From contig JBGVKA010000068.1 in NCBI GenBank assembly GCA_045129715.1, forward strand, positions 1 to 35,633: a stretch of 35,633 nt of DNA, read 5' to 3'. Each line of letters opens with the position of its first letter. Positions within the stretch are counted from its first letter, which is position 1. A program made the translations under genes and the position numbers. Below are positions 14,379-23,879 of this stretch, one piece after another. This DNA comes from Eubacteriales bacterium (lineage in GTDB: Bacteria; Bacillota; Clostridia; Oscillospirales; CAG-272). The notes below the pieces were generated by a model. It made no database searches, was not told where the DNA came from, and was given only the letters and a program-made list of their open reading frames with translations.

Positions 14379-16424
14379 ATGCGAGATAGAAGAGACTTTC
14401 TTCCTGTGAATATGGCTGACGTGAGAGAGCGTAATTGGTCAGAGGTGGATTTCGTTTACGTTACGGGAGACTCCTACGTTGATCACCCCTCATTCGGCGT
14501 TTCCGTTATAAGCCGAGTGCTTGAGGCGGAGGGCTACCGAGTTGCTATAATAGCTCAGCCCGATTATAAGAGCACCGCGGATTTCACGCGCTTCGGCAGG
14601 CCCCGTCTTGGATTTTTGGTTACCTCGGGAAATATAGATTCGATGGTAGCTCACTACACGGTATCGAAGAAAAAGAGAAGCTACGATTATTATTCCGCGG
14701 GCGGAAAAATGGGTGCGCGCCCCGACAGAGCCGTTATAGTCTACTGTAACAGAATAAGAGAGGCGTACGGAGACGTTCCGATCGTTATCGGAGGTCTTGA
14801 GGCATCGCTCCGCCGATTTGCTCATTACGATTATTGGGACGACAGAGTCCGCCGCAGTATCCTCGTTGATTCAAGAGCGGATATTCTCGCCTACGGTATG
14901 GGCGAAAACATACTTATAAGAATAGCAAAGCTTCTCGACAAGGGCGTTCCGATCAAGAAGATCCGTGACGTGCGCGGTACGGTATATCTCGCCAAAAAAG
15001 GAGATAAGATAAATTACGAATACAACGAGACCTACGATTACGACGTTTTAAAAACCGACAAGGAGGCTTACGCTAAGGCGTTTGCCATGCAGTATAAGAA
15101 CACCGACTCCGTAAGAGGAAAGGCGATAGTCGAGTACTACGGAGATAAGATGCTCGTGCAGAATCCTCCCATGCCTCCGCTTGAAAGAGAGGAGCTTGAC
15201 CGCGTATATTCCTTGCCCTATGCAAGAGATTACCACCCCGACTACGAGAAGGAGGGCGGAGTTCCCTCCATCACCGAGGTCAAGTTCTCGATAACTCATA
15301 ACCGCGGCTGCTTCGGTGCCTGCAACTTCTGTGCCATAGCCTTCCACCAGGGAAGAGAGGTGCGCTCAAGGAGTGAGGAAAGCGTTATAAACGAGGCTCG
15401 TCTTATAGCTGCGATGCCCGATTTCAAGGGCTACATAAACGACGTTGGAGGTCCCACGGCAAACTTCCGCTACCCTGCGTGTGAAAAGCAGCTTGAGAGC
15501 GGTGTATGTCCCAACAGAAAGTGTCTCGCTCCCACGCCCTGCAAGAATTTGCGCGTCGATCATACGGAGTATATGAATATGCTCGCAAAGATCGAAGAGA
15601 TAAAGGGTATAAAAAAGGTGTTTATCCGTTCGGGAATACGCTTTGATTATCTCGTCTATGACGAAAGCGACGCCTTCTTCAAAAAGCTCGTGCGCGATCA
15701 CGTTTCGGGACAGCTTAAGGTAGCACCCGAGCATTGTGCTAACAACGCTCTTATGATGATGGGAAAGCCGAGCATTGAGGTCTACGAGGCGTTCAGGAAA
15801 AAATATTTCGAGCTCAGCCGTGAGGCAGGGCTTGAGCAGTATCTCGTTCCGTATCTTATGTCAAGCCACCCCGGAACGACGATGAAGGATGCCGTCGATA
15901 TGGCGGTATGGCTTAAAAAATGGGGTTATTCGCCGGAGCAGGTGCAGGACTTCTATCCTACCCCCGGAACGATCTCCACGGTAATGTACTATACGGGCAT
16001 ACATCCTATGACGGGAAAGCGCGTGAGCGTCACGACCGACTATCGCGAAAAGCAGCTTCAGCGCGCGCTTTTGCAGTTCTCAAGGCCCGAGAACGCAAAT
16101 CTCGTGAGAGAGGCGTTGAAGATAGCGGGCAGAGAGGATCTTATCGGAAACGGCCCCGAGTGTCTTGTGAGACCTGCGTTCAGAGGAGTTGATAAGACCG
16201 CTACGGCAAAGCGCGGTGCCCCTCATTCCTTGCGCGGCGCGTCCTCGCCGTCGCAAAACCACCGCAAGACGAAGGGCGGTGCGGTAAGAAACGCGAAAAA
16301 CGACGTGAAGAGAACGAAATCGGATAAGCTTCAGCGAGTTTTCGGTAAGGATGCCGAAAGAATAAGAAAAGAAGCGGATCAAATGGCGCGCAAAAGCTCG
16401 TCAAAATCGAAAAAACGCCGTTAA
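14379..16424 (+). CDS. ygiQ: YgiQ-family (UPF0313) radical SAM protein
   Basis: CFGACNFC (CxxxCxxC) cluster motif, an N-terminal YgiQ-type domain, a long basic C-terminal tail, 681 aa. Confidence 0.9.
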   Translation: MRDRRDFLPVNMADVRERNWSEVDFVYVTGDSYVDHPSFGVSVISRVLEAEGYRVAIIAQPDYKSTADFTRFGRPRLGFLVTSGNIDSMVAHYTVSKKKRSYDYYSAGGKMGARPDRAVIVYCNRIREAYGDVPIVIGGLEASLRRFAHYDYWDDRVRRSILVDSRADILAYGMGENILIRIAKLLDKGVPIKKIRDVRGTVYLAKKGDKINYEYNETYDYDVLKTDKEAYAKAFAMQYKNTDSVRGKAIVEYYGDKMLVQNPPMPPLEREELDRVYSLPYARDYHPDYEKEGGVPSITEVKFSITHNRGCFGACNFCAIAFHQGREVRSRSEESVINEARLIAAMPDFKGYINDVGGPTANFRYPACEKQLESGVCPNRKCLAPTPCKNLRVDHTEYMNMLAKIEEIKGIKKVFIRSGIRFDYLVYDESDAFFKKLVRDHVSGQLKVAPEHCANNALMMMGKPSIEVYEAFRKKYFELSREAGLEQYLVPYLMSSHPGTTMKDAVDMAVWLKKWGYSPEQVQDFYPTPGTISTVMYYTGIHPMTGKRVSVTTDYREKQLQRALLQFSRPENANLVREALKIAGREDLIGNGPECLVRPAFRGVDKTATAKRGAPHSLRGASSPSQNHRKTKGGAVRNAKNDVKRTKSDKLQRVFGKDAERIRKEADQMARKSSSKSKKRR

Positions 16425-16570
16425 AGAGTAGTTCGTTCGTATAACTTACGAATGAAAAATACAAAAAATGAAGGCAGAAAAACGGACGGGCTTCTCCGAG
16501 TCGTATTATGCCGAAATGAGAGAAAACGCTTCAAAAAACGGAAAAAGGATAAAAAACGCACAGGGAGAAG

Positions 16571-16701
16571 TTTTCCACATTCTCCACATTTGAAAAGGTG
16601 GAAAACCCACCGTAAAGAAGAGCGCAAGCCGAAAACCCTTGAAGAATCAGGCTTTTTTATCCTTGGTTTTCCACTTTATCCACTATTTGCGGTGTGGAAA
16701 A
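16571..16701. promoter_or_regulatory. Two 35-bp modules, each of three DnaA-box-like 9-mers
   Basis: Module 1 (16571-16605): TTTTCCACA TTCTCCACA -8 nt- GGTGGAAAA. Module 2 (16667-16701): TTTTCCACT TTATCCACT -8 nt- TGTGGAAAA. Both have the same architecture and lie 96 bp apart. Confidence 0.55.
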
Positions 16702-16884
16702 CGTTGAATTGCATTTTTGTGGCATCCTTCAAAAATAATTGAAAAGAATAATTGCTTTAGGGTGTTTTGAGGCTTGCACGGCTCCGCTTTTTACGAAGCG
16801 AAGAGACGGTGAGAACGAAAAACGTTGTACTATTTACGAATTTGTGCTTTTGGTATGTAAAAACGCATGAATTGAGGAGCGTTT

Positions 16885-19302
16885 ATGGTGAATTTGAGCA
16901 TAGAATATACAAATGCAAAGAGAGCACTTTTCGATAAAGTGTTCGAAAAGAGACTTAATAAAGAACAGTGCCGCGCGGTCTTTACCACTAAGGGACCGCT
17001 TTTGGTGCTTGCAGGTGCGGGAAGCGGAAAGACCACCGTGCTCGTAAACAGAATAGCGTATATTATTAAATACGGAAACGCCTATTTTTCCGAAGACGTT
17101 CCCGATACCGTAAGTGAGGAGACCGTTGAGGCACTTCGCGATGCACAAAGGCTTTCGGCAGAGGAGATCGAGGAGATACTGCCCGAATTTATAACCGAGC
17201 CCTGTCCTCCGTGGTCGGTGCTTGCCATCACCTTTACTAACAAGGCGGCAAACGAGATGAAGGAGAGACTTGCCTCGATATTCAAGCACGACGATCTTGC
17301 CGACTCTATCTGGGCGGGCACCTTCCATTCCGTATGCCTTCGCATACTCCGTAAATACGGTGAGCGTCTTGGATACCGTCAGGGCTTTTCCATATACGAT
17401 ACGGACGATTCGAAGAGAATGATCCTCCAGTGCATGAAGGATCTGGATATCGACGATAAAAAGCTTTCTCCGAAGGTGGTTCAGGGTGCCATAAGTCGCG
17501 CAAAGGACAGATTAACGCCCGCTTCGGAGTTTGAGCTTACCCACGATCCGCGAAGCCGCGACGTAAAGAGAATATACGAGCTTTATACCGAGCGTATGAT
17601 GTATAACAACGCCGTCGATTTTGACGATATAATAATGCAGACGGTCGCGCTTTTGAACAACTATCCCGACGTGCGCGAATATTATCAGAACAAGTTCAAA
17701 TACATACTCGTCGACGAGTATCAGGATACGAACTACGCTCAGTTCGTTTTGACCGAGATACTTGCCGCAAAGTATAACAATATTATGGTCGTCGGTGACG
17801 ACGATCAGAGCATATACCGCTTCCGCGGCGCAACGATAGAAAATATTCTTAACTTTGATAAGACCTACCCAAAGGCAACGGTGGTGAAGCTTGAGCAGAA
17901 TTACCGTTCTACCGAAACCATACTTGAGGCGGCAAACTCCATTATTCATAACAATGAAAAAAGACACAGCAAGAGTCTTTGGAGCGAAAAGGGGCGCGGT
18001 GATAAGATCACCGTCAGAGAGGCGGCGGATCAGAACGAGGAGGGAAGATACATTATCGACCGAATCAATCAGGGCGTCAGAAATCAGGGTAAAAAATATT
18101 CCGATTACGCAATACTTTATCGCATAAACGAGCTCGCGCGCTCGCTTGAGACGACCTTTGCCAAAAGCGGAGTTCCTTACAGGATATTAGGAGGCACGCG
18201 CTTCTACGATCGCAAGGAGATAAAGGATATGACCGCGTATCTTTCGGTCATCAACACCTCAAGCGATTCCCTGAGGCTTAAGCGTATCATAAACGAGCCT
18301 AAGCGAAAGATAGGTGCCACAACGGTCAGTGCGATCGAGGAGATAGCCTTCAGAGAGGGACTCAGCATGTACGAGGTCATGCGAAGATCCTCGGAATACG
18401 TTGCGCTTTCAAAGAGTGCGGATAAGCTTATAGCCTTCACCGAGATGATGGACAAGATCGCGAGCGAGGGCGGCCGTCCCTCAGAGATCATCGAAAAGGT
18501 CTTTGAGCGAAGCGGCTATGCCGATATGCTTATCGCGGAGGGCTTTGAGGGAGAAGGAAAGAGAGATAACGTAAACGAGCTTATAGCGGGTGCCCTCGAA
18601 TACGAGAAGAGATGTGCGGAGAGTGATACCGAGCCTACTCTTTCGGGATATCTTGAGGATATCGCGCTCGTCAGTGACGTTGATAAATACGACGAAAATG
18701 CCGATGCGGTCGTTATGATGACTGTGCACTCGGCAAAGGGACTTGAATTCCCGATAGTATTCCTCGCAGGTATGGAGGACGGAATATTCCCCTCCGAGCA
18801 GAATATGAGGGACGAGGAGGAGCTCAGTGAGGAGCGCAGACTTGCTTACGTTGCGATAACGCGTGCCAAGGACAAGCTCTTTATAACCTACGCTAAAAAC
18901 AGAATGATGTACGGCAAGACCGCATACAATATGCTTTCCTCGTTCGTAAGGCGAGAGATTCCAACCTCGCTTATTGAGAACGATATGCCTCGCCGCGAGC
19001 CTCCGAGGGCGGCGGCATCCCGGTATAGCTCGGGCGGTTACGCTAACCGCAGCTATCAAAGAAGCAATTCCGAGATCAACAGAGTTCCCGATTTTTACCG
19101 TCAGACTCAAAAGCGTGCGAGTGCATCCTCGTTTGGAATTGAACGCTTGGAGCCCGGATGTGCGGTAACGCACTCGATGTTCGGTGACGGTGTGATAGTC
19201 AGTGCGAAGGATATGGGCGGAGACATACTTTACGAGGTGGATTTCGCATCCTGCGGTAAAAAGAAGCTTATGGCTACCTTTGCCAAGCTTATGAAAAAAT
19301 AA
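16885..19302 (+). CDS. pcrA: ATP-dependent DNA helicase PcrA (UvrD/Rep superfamily 1)
   Basis: AGAGSGKTT Walker A, VDEYQDTN, the helicase motifs through the VMMTVHSAKGLEF and YVAITRAK motifs, and a C-terminal Tudor-like tail. GAGGAG RBS. Confidence 0.95.
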   Translation: MVNLSIEYTNAKRALFDKVFEKRLNKEQCRAVFTTKGPLLVLAGAGSGKTTVLVNRIAYIIKYGNAYFSEDVPDTVSEETVEALRDAQRLSAEEIEEILPEFITEPCPPWSVLAITFTNKAANEMKERLASIFKHDDLADSIWAGTFHSVCLRILRKYGERLGYRQGFSIYDTDDSKRMILQCMKDLDIDDKKLSPKVVQGAISRAKDRLTPASEFELTHDPRSRDVKRIYELYTERMMYNNAVDFDDIIMQTVALLNNYPDVREYYQNKFKYILVDEYQDTNYAQFVLTEILAAKYNNIMVVGDDDQSIYRFRGATIENILNFDKTYPKATVVKLEQNYRSTETILEAANSIIHNNEKRHSKSLWSEKGRGDKITVREAADQNEEGRYIIDRINQGVRNQGKKYSDYAILYRINELARSLETTFAKSGVPYRILGGTRFYDRKEIKDMTAYLSVINTSSDSLRLKRIINEPKRKIGATTVSAIEEIAFREGLSMYEVMRRSSEYVALSKSADKLIAFTEMMDKIASEGGRPSEIIEKVFERSGYADMLIAEGFEGEGKRDNVNELIAGALEYEKRCAESDTEPTLSGYLEDIALVSDVDKYDENADAVVMMTVHSAKGLEFPIVFLAGMEDGIFPSEQNMRDEEELSEERRLAYVAITRAKDKLFITYAKNRMMYGKTAYNMLSSFVRREIPTSLIENDMPRREPPRAAASRYSSGGYANRSYQRSNSEINRVPDFYRQTQKRASASSFGIERLEPGCAVTHSMFGDGVIVSAKDMGGDILYEVDFASCGKKKLMATFAKLMKK

Positions 19303-19326
19303 TACGGTTTTAAAGAGGATAAACAA

Positions 19327-20019
19327 ATGATAAAGGCTTGTCTTTTTGACCTTGACGGCACGCTTTTGAATACTTTAGCATCGATAAGATATTACGTAAA
19401 CAGAAATATCTCAGGATACGGTATAAGAGCCGTAAGCGAAGCGGAGACGAAGATCTTCGTCGGAAACGGTGCAAGAGTGCTTATTGAAAATATTTTTAAG
19501 GATAGGGGTCTTGACCTTAGAGAGAGTGATACCCGTGAGCTTTTTGAACGCATCTTAAGGACGTACGTCAAGGAATACGACGACGAGCCTGCGTATTTGA
19601 CGGAGCCCTACGAGGGAATAGTTGACACCGTGAATAAATTGAAGAGCCTCGGCATATCCCTTGCGGTAATATCCAATAAGCCCGATCCGACGGTGAAAAG
19701 CCTTGTAAATAAGTTCTTCGGCAACGCATTCACGATAGTCGAGGGAGCGAGCGAGAGAATGCCGCTGAAGCCCTGTGCCGAGTGGCCTCTTGACATATGT
19801 GAAAGACTCGGTGTTTTGCCGAGTGAGGTAATGTACGTTGGCGATACCTCCACCGATATGCAGACTGCAAGGAATTTCGGTGCTAAGCTTTCCGTCGGAG
19901 TTTTGTGGGGCTTCCGCGACGAGGCGGAGCTCGTTAACAGCGGTGCCGACGTTATAGTATCGAGGGCGGAGGAGCTTTACGCCCTTGCCATAAAAGAAGC
20001 TCAAAAGGAGAATACGTGA
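19327..20019 (+). CDS. HAD-superfamily phosphatase (phosphoglycolate phosphatase-like)
   Basis: DLDGTL motif I, SNK motif II and GDTSTD motif IV, 230 aa. Confidence 0.8.
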   Translation: MIKACLFDLDGTLLNTLASIRYYVNRNISGYGIRAVSEAETKIFVGNGARVLIENIFKDRGLDLRESDTRELFERILRTYVKEYDDEPAYLTEPYEGIVDTVNKLKSLGISLAVISNKPDPTVKSLVNKFFGNAFTIVEGASERMPLKPCAEWPLDICERLGVLPSEVMYVGDTSTDMQTARNFGAKLSVGVLWGFRDEAELVNSGADVIVSRAEELYALAIKEAQKENT

Positions 20020-20540
20020 TGAAGAGAGTTACGGCACTCGTTGCGGCTATCGTTCTTGCCTTGGTAACACTCGTATCCTGCTCCGAGGATATCGAGTTTT
20101 CGGATATTGAATACAAGGAAAACGGAATATCGTTTTCCTTGCCGAACACCATGAAGCGCAGTGCGACCGAGGATTACGAGTTTTATTTCACGGGAATGAG
20201 TATGGACGTTATATTCAGTGCTATGAAGATAACGGACGAGTTTTTGAAAAAGGTCGAGCTTGAGCCGGGAATCAGCGCGAAGGAGTACGTTGATACCATC
20301 ATCGAAAGGCAGGGGCTTGATAAATCAAAGCTTTTCTATAAGCATTACGAGGACAAGGATCAGTATAATTTCAGATACAATTACGTTAGTGAATCGGGCT
20401 TTGAAATGTTCTATTACGTGACGGTGACGGGCCCTACCGATAACCTTTGGTATGTTGAAATGTGCTGTGAGGCAGAGGACTCCTCAAAATACCTTGATAT
20501 GTTCGATAGCTGGAGAAGAAGCATAGGAACGTATCAGTAA
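20016..20540 (+). CDS. Lipoprotein of unknown function
   Basis: Signal peptide with the lipobox LVSC (MMKRVTALVAAIVLALVTLVSC). The start is GTG at 20016 or ATG at 20019, overlapping the upstream stop. Confidence 0.7.
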   Translation: MMKRVTALVAAIVLALVTLVSCSEDIEFSDIEYKENGISFSLPNTMKRSATEDYEFYFTGMSMDVIFSAMKITDEFLKKVELEPGISAKEYVDTIIERQGLDKSKLFYKHYEDKDQYNFRYNYVSESGFEMFYYVTVTGPTDNLWYVEMCCEAEDSSKYLDMFDSWRRSIGTYQ

Positions 20541-20572
20541 TGTAAACAAAGATTAGAAAAAAGACTGATTTA

Positions 20573-20662
20573 AAATAAAAAACAGCGGACAGATCGTCTG
20601 CAATAAGCTTTATTCCTTGCATAGAATAAAGACGGTTGCAACGGTTGTCCGCTGTTTTTATT
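20573..20662. terminator. Bidirectional terminator between convergent genes
   Basis: An 11-bp outer stem AACAGCGGACA/TGTCCGCTGTT (20581-20591 with 20647-20657) encloses an 8-bp CTTTATTC/GAATAAAG hairpin. An A-run lies upstream and a T-run downstream. Confidence 0.7.
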
Positions 20663-20676
20663 CGTGAAATTTGAAG

Positions 20677-21435
20677 TTAAACGTAAACCTCAAGCTCTAT
20701 GTTGAGCTTTCCCTTTTTAGAGGTGCCCGTGACACCGAGATAGATAAATCTTCCGTAACCGCGAACGCTTACGACGTCGTTTGGCTTCGGTGCGTAGGAG
20801 TTGTTCTCAACGAGCCTGCCCGAAACGAAAACGAGTCTCTTTTTGAAAAGTGAAAGCGATTCCTCGCGAGACATTGAATAGAGCTTGGATATAACGGCGT
20901 CAAGCCTTTCACCCGAAAGCTGAATTTTTCTATTCTCGGTCTTGAAAAGCTCACCGTCGGGAAGCGAGTCGGTTATACTCGTCTTGATGTCGGTCCTTTT
21001 TATCCTTTCAAGGCTCCTTGCGACGTAATCCGCCATATCGTCGGTGACGAAAATATATCCTGAGTTATCCTTTATTATTATATCACCGATAGCCTTCCTC
21101 TCTATTCCGAGGTTGAGTATCGCGCCCAAAAAATCACGGTGAGTGAGAGTGTCTGCAAACTTCGGTGCCTTAGGCTCCGCGAGAACTATTCTGATAGGGA
21201 AGTCCTCCTCGTAGCCGAGCTCCTCCGCGTCGCCGAAGCGAGCCATAACTCGCTCGCATCCCTGAGCACCGCCAAAGAGCGTGTATCTCGCGCGGCCGAA
21301 TTTAAGCTTAGCCTCGTTGAATATCGATTGCTCGTTGAGACCGAGAAAGTCGGAGAAAAGATAGTATCCTCCGCCGTCACTCTTCCGCGCGAGCTCGATA
21401 AAGCGTTTGTATAAAAGCTCTTCCTCGTTAGTCAT
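20677..21435 (-). CDS. ylmH: YlmH-family RNA-binding protein (C-terminal S4 domain)
   Basis: 252 aa with overall YlmH resemblance and a C-terminal S4-like segment (RLDAVISKLYSMSREESLSLFKKRLVFVSG). The start ATG overlaps the stop of the upstream PPIase by 1 nt. Confidence 0.8.
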   Translation of the reverse strand: MTNEEELLYKRFIELARKSDGGGYYLFSDFLGLNEQSIFNEAKLKFGRARYTLFGGAQGCERVMARFGDAEELGYEEDFPIRIVLAEPKAPKFADTLTHRDFLGAILNLGIERKAIGDIIIKDNSGYIFVTDDMADYVARSLERIKRTDIKTSITDSLPDGELFKTENRKIQLSGERLDAVISKLYSMSREESLSLFKKRLVFVSGRLVENNSYAPKPNDVVSVRGYGRFIYLGVTGTSKKGKLNIELEVYV

Positions 21436-22184
21436 CAGAGTATATCAACGGGATACATGATCTTGAGCTGATTGATCTTGCTATCGTATGCGGCTCTCTG
21501 GTTCTCAGCCTCAAGATGCTCTCTGATAGCACCCTTCACCTCGTTAAGATCTGCGGTTTTAGACTCCTCCTTGGAGTTGAGCTTGATGAGGTGGTAGCCG
21601 AACTGAGTTTTAACGGGAGTTGCGGTAACCTCTCCTACCTTCATTGCGAAAACTGCCTCGTCAAATTCGGGAACCATCTGTCCCTTGGTGAATTCACCGA
21701 GCGAGCCTCCGTTTGCTTTAGAGGGGCAGGAGGAGTTTTCCTTTGCGGCATCCTCGAAGGTGATCTCGCCGCTTGAGATCTTTGCGTAAAGCTCGTTTGC
21801 GAGGTCCTCGCTATCAACGAGAATGTGGCTTGCGTTAACTACCTCACCGCTTTGGAACTTCTCAACGTTCTCCTCGTAGTATTTCTTAACGTCCTCGTCA
21901 CTTACGCGCTTAGCGTTTGCAAGAGCCTTTTCCGCGGCGTAGCTTACGAGAAGGTTGTCGCGGATCTTTGCGAGCTGTGCTCTGAAATCCGCCTCTGCCT
22001 CAAAGAGATTTCTCTTGGCGTCAAGTAAAAGGAGCTTAGAATCGATAAGCTGCTTTAATACCAAGGCTCTGCCCTGAGGATTGTTGTAGTTCTCGGCTCT
22101 CGGACCGAGATTTGCAAGAAATTCGTCAACCTCTGCAGAGGTTATAGGCGAACCGCCTACTGTTGCAAGAATTTTGTTTTCCAT
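21435..22184 (-). CDS. Parvulin-type peptidyl-prolyl cis-trans isomerase (SurA-N-like domain plus PpiC rotamase); no signal peptide seen
   Basis: Rotamase motifs ASHILV, GGSLGEF and FGYHLIK. I place the start at ATG 22184 (MENKILATV) behind AAGGAGA, rather than at 22220. Confidence 0.85.
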   Translation of the reverse strand: MENKILATVGGSPITSAEVDEFLANLGPRAENYNNPQGRALVLKQLIDSKLLLLDAKRNLFEAEADFRAQLAKIRDNLLVSYAAEKALANAKRVSDEDVKKYYEENVEKFQSGEVVNASHILVDSEDLANELYAKISSGEITFEDAAKENSSCPSKANGGSLGEFTKGQMVPEFDEAVFAMKVGEVTATPVKTQFGYHLIKLNSKEESKTADLNEVKGAIREHLEAENQRAAYDSKINQLKIMYPVDIL

Positions 22185-22230
22185 AATATATCTCCTTAAA
22201 ATGTTAACTAAAGTTATCAAATAACGTGTA

Positions 22231-23598
22231 TTATCTTACCCTGAGTCCCTTTGGATAGTGGTTTTTGATCTTTCCGCCACTTATCTTTCCGCCGCCTATT
22301 GATGCGCCGGAGAAGAAGAGCGCGCAGTACCCCGAGCCGCTTTTTGTGTGTGCGTCGATCTCCTCGCCTGCAAGATATCTTTCGGCATCAGTGCGGTCGA
22401 GCGTTATCTTGAGCTTGAAAAGATTGCCGTAAGAGGAGAAGAACTGGTGGGAGGGGAAGAGATTTTTGCCTCTTATCTCGCCTATAAGCACGCCTGCGGA
22501 AAATACGCTTCTTGGCGGAATGGGCATACCGTGTGAGATTAAAACGAGGTTTTCTCCGTATTTTGCTATTCTGCCCTCAGGCTTTTCGGAAAGAGCCGTC
22601 TTGAAGAAGTCCTCTGCGAGCTTAAGCTCGTCCCTTGTGGGAGCCTTCGTGCTGTCCTTGTATAAGAATTCGCCCCCGTCGTCTCCGTTTTTCTGCATAA
22701 GCGCGATAAATTGACCCTCACCGTCTGCCCGATGAGGATAGAAGCGTCGGCATTTCCAAAGATCGTCTCTGTCGGCACCGTCGTAAGCTATGCCGTCGGA
22801 GGTAGCCTTTTTTAAAGACTCGTTCACCTCGCAAAGCTCAAAGTCGGGATGGTCGCGCAAAAAATCGTTGACCGTCATCTCGTTTTCCTCAAGAGAATAG
22901 GTGCAGGTAGAGTAAAGAAGCTTGCCTCCGCTCCTTAGCATAACGGCTGCGTTGTCAAGGATGTCACGCTGTCTTGCCTGACAGATCCTGACGTTTTCCT
23001 CGCTCCATTCCTCGATCGCGGGCACGTCCTTTCGGAACATTCCCTCGCCCGAGCAGGGGGCATCCGCTACCACGACGTCGAAAACTCCGTCGTAAAGCTT
23101 TGCGAGCTCCTTCGTATCAAGGGATGTGACTATCCCGTTTCTTATTCCCATTCTTTCGAAATTGCTGACGAGTATCTTTGCTCTTTTCGGAACGTATTCG
23201 TTTGAAAGGATCACGCCCTTGTGCATTAGCTTTGCGGCTATCTGCGTGGACTTTCCGCCGGGGGCGGCGCAAAGATCGGCAACGAGCATTCCGGGTGTGA
23301 TATCGAGAGCCTCCGCGCTTGCCATAGCTCCGGGATCCTGAACGTATATCTGTCCCGATGCATGCTCGGGCATATTTCCTATACCCTTGACCTCGTCGGT
23401 TAAGATAAATCCGTTTTCTGCGTAGCTAAGAGGACAGAGAGGAAGAGAAGAGTTCTTTAAAAGCTCCTCGCCCGTGCATTTGAGCGTGTTGGCGCGCACT
23501 CCCTTTTTTGCTTTTTCTTCGGTAAGTGCCTTTTCAAATTCGTCATACTCGTCGCCGAGCAGAGACTTCATTCTTTCGGTGAATTTTAAGGGAAGCAT
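22231..23598 (-). CDS. NOL1/NOP2/Sun-family rRNA cytosine-C5 methyltransferase (RsmF-like, with C-terminal extension)
   Basis: SAM-binding DLCAAPGGKS, catalytic DAPCSGEG and YSTCT motifs, 455 aa. Confidence 0.85.
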   Translation of the reverse strand: MLPLKFTERMKSLLGDEYDEFEKALTEEKAKKGVRANTLKCTGEELLKNSSLPLCPLSYAENGFILTDEVKGIGNMPEHASGQIYVQDPGAMASAEALDITPGMLVADLCAAPGGKSTQIAAKLMHKGVILSNEYVPKRAKILVSNFERMGIRNGIVTSLDTKELAKLYDGVFDVVVADAPCSGEGMFRKDVPAIEEWSEENVRICQARQRDILDNAAVMLRSGGKLLYSTCTYSLEENEMTVNDFLRDHPDFELCEVNESLKKATSDGIAYDGADRDDLWKCRRFYPHRADGEGQFIALMQKNGDDGGEFLYKDSTKAPTRDELKLAEDFFKTALSEKPEGRIAKYGENLVLISHGMPIPPRSVFSAGVLIGEIRGKNLFPSHQFFSSYGNLFKLKITLDRTDAERYLAGEEIDAHTKSGSGYCALFFSGASIGGGKISGGKIKNHYPKGLRVR

Positions 23599-23879
23599 AT
23601 TCTCTCCTTTCCGAGCGGTGTGCTCAAGACTTTTTTCGACGTATTATTTTACAATATTTTCTCGCTTAAGTCAACACCTCGGTCAACTATTTTGAAATTC
23701 CGTGTTAAAAAATCGTGAATTCTTATTTTTATTTAACGGTTTTCAAGATTTTTTAAGGTTTATATAATAAATATTTATATAGTGGCGTGCCCTTGGCGAT
23801 AATTAAACCGCACGGGCGTATATTCACGTCGGGCATAATTGCCCAAAGCCGTTAAAACGGTTATCGAAAGGAGACTAAT

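Noticed and set aside
14326-14391. A 21-codon uORF (MKMTVIAFKTLSDRKGTENAR) overlapping the ygiQ start.
   Set aside because: The only SD-like sequence (AAAGGA) is 1 nt from its ATG, which is too close. There is no associated terminator or antiterminator structure.
16452-16742. A 96-aa highly basic ORF (+) covering the ygiQ-pcrA intergenic region.
   Set aside because: The composition (runs of K/R) reflects A-rich non-coding DNA, and there is no RBS. It is built across the DnaA-box-like modules, which explain the sequence better.
16425-16884. The DnaA-box cluster as the chromosomal origin oriC.
   Set aside because: No dnaA or dnaN is adjacent. The flanking genes (ygiQ, pcrA) are co-directional rather than divergent, and I saw no obvious DnaA-trio or long AT-rich unwinding element. 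I kept it as a non-oriC DnaA-box cluster hypothesis instead. The 8-bp direct repeat TTACGAAT at 16446 and 16834 is within chance expectation.
23767-23778. A perfect 12-bp palindrome ATAAATATTTAT next to the candidate -10 box of the acyl-CoA ligase gene, considered as a possible FadR/FapR-type operator.
   Set aside because: It is pure A/T sequence in an AT-rich promoter region, so a palindrome of this kind is likely by chance. It does not match a known operator consensus that I can recall.
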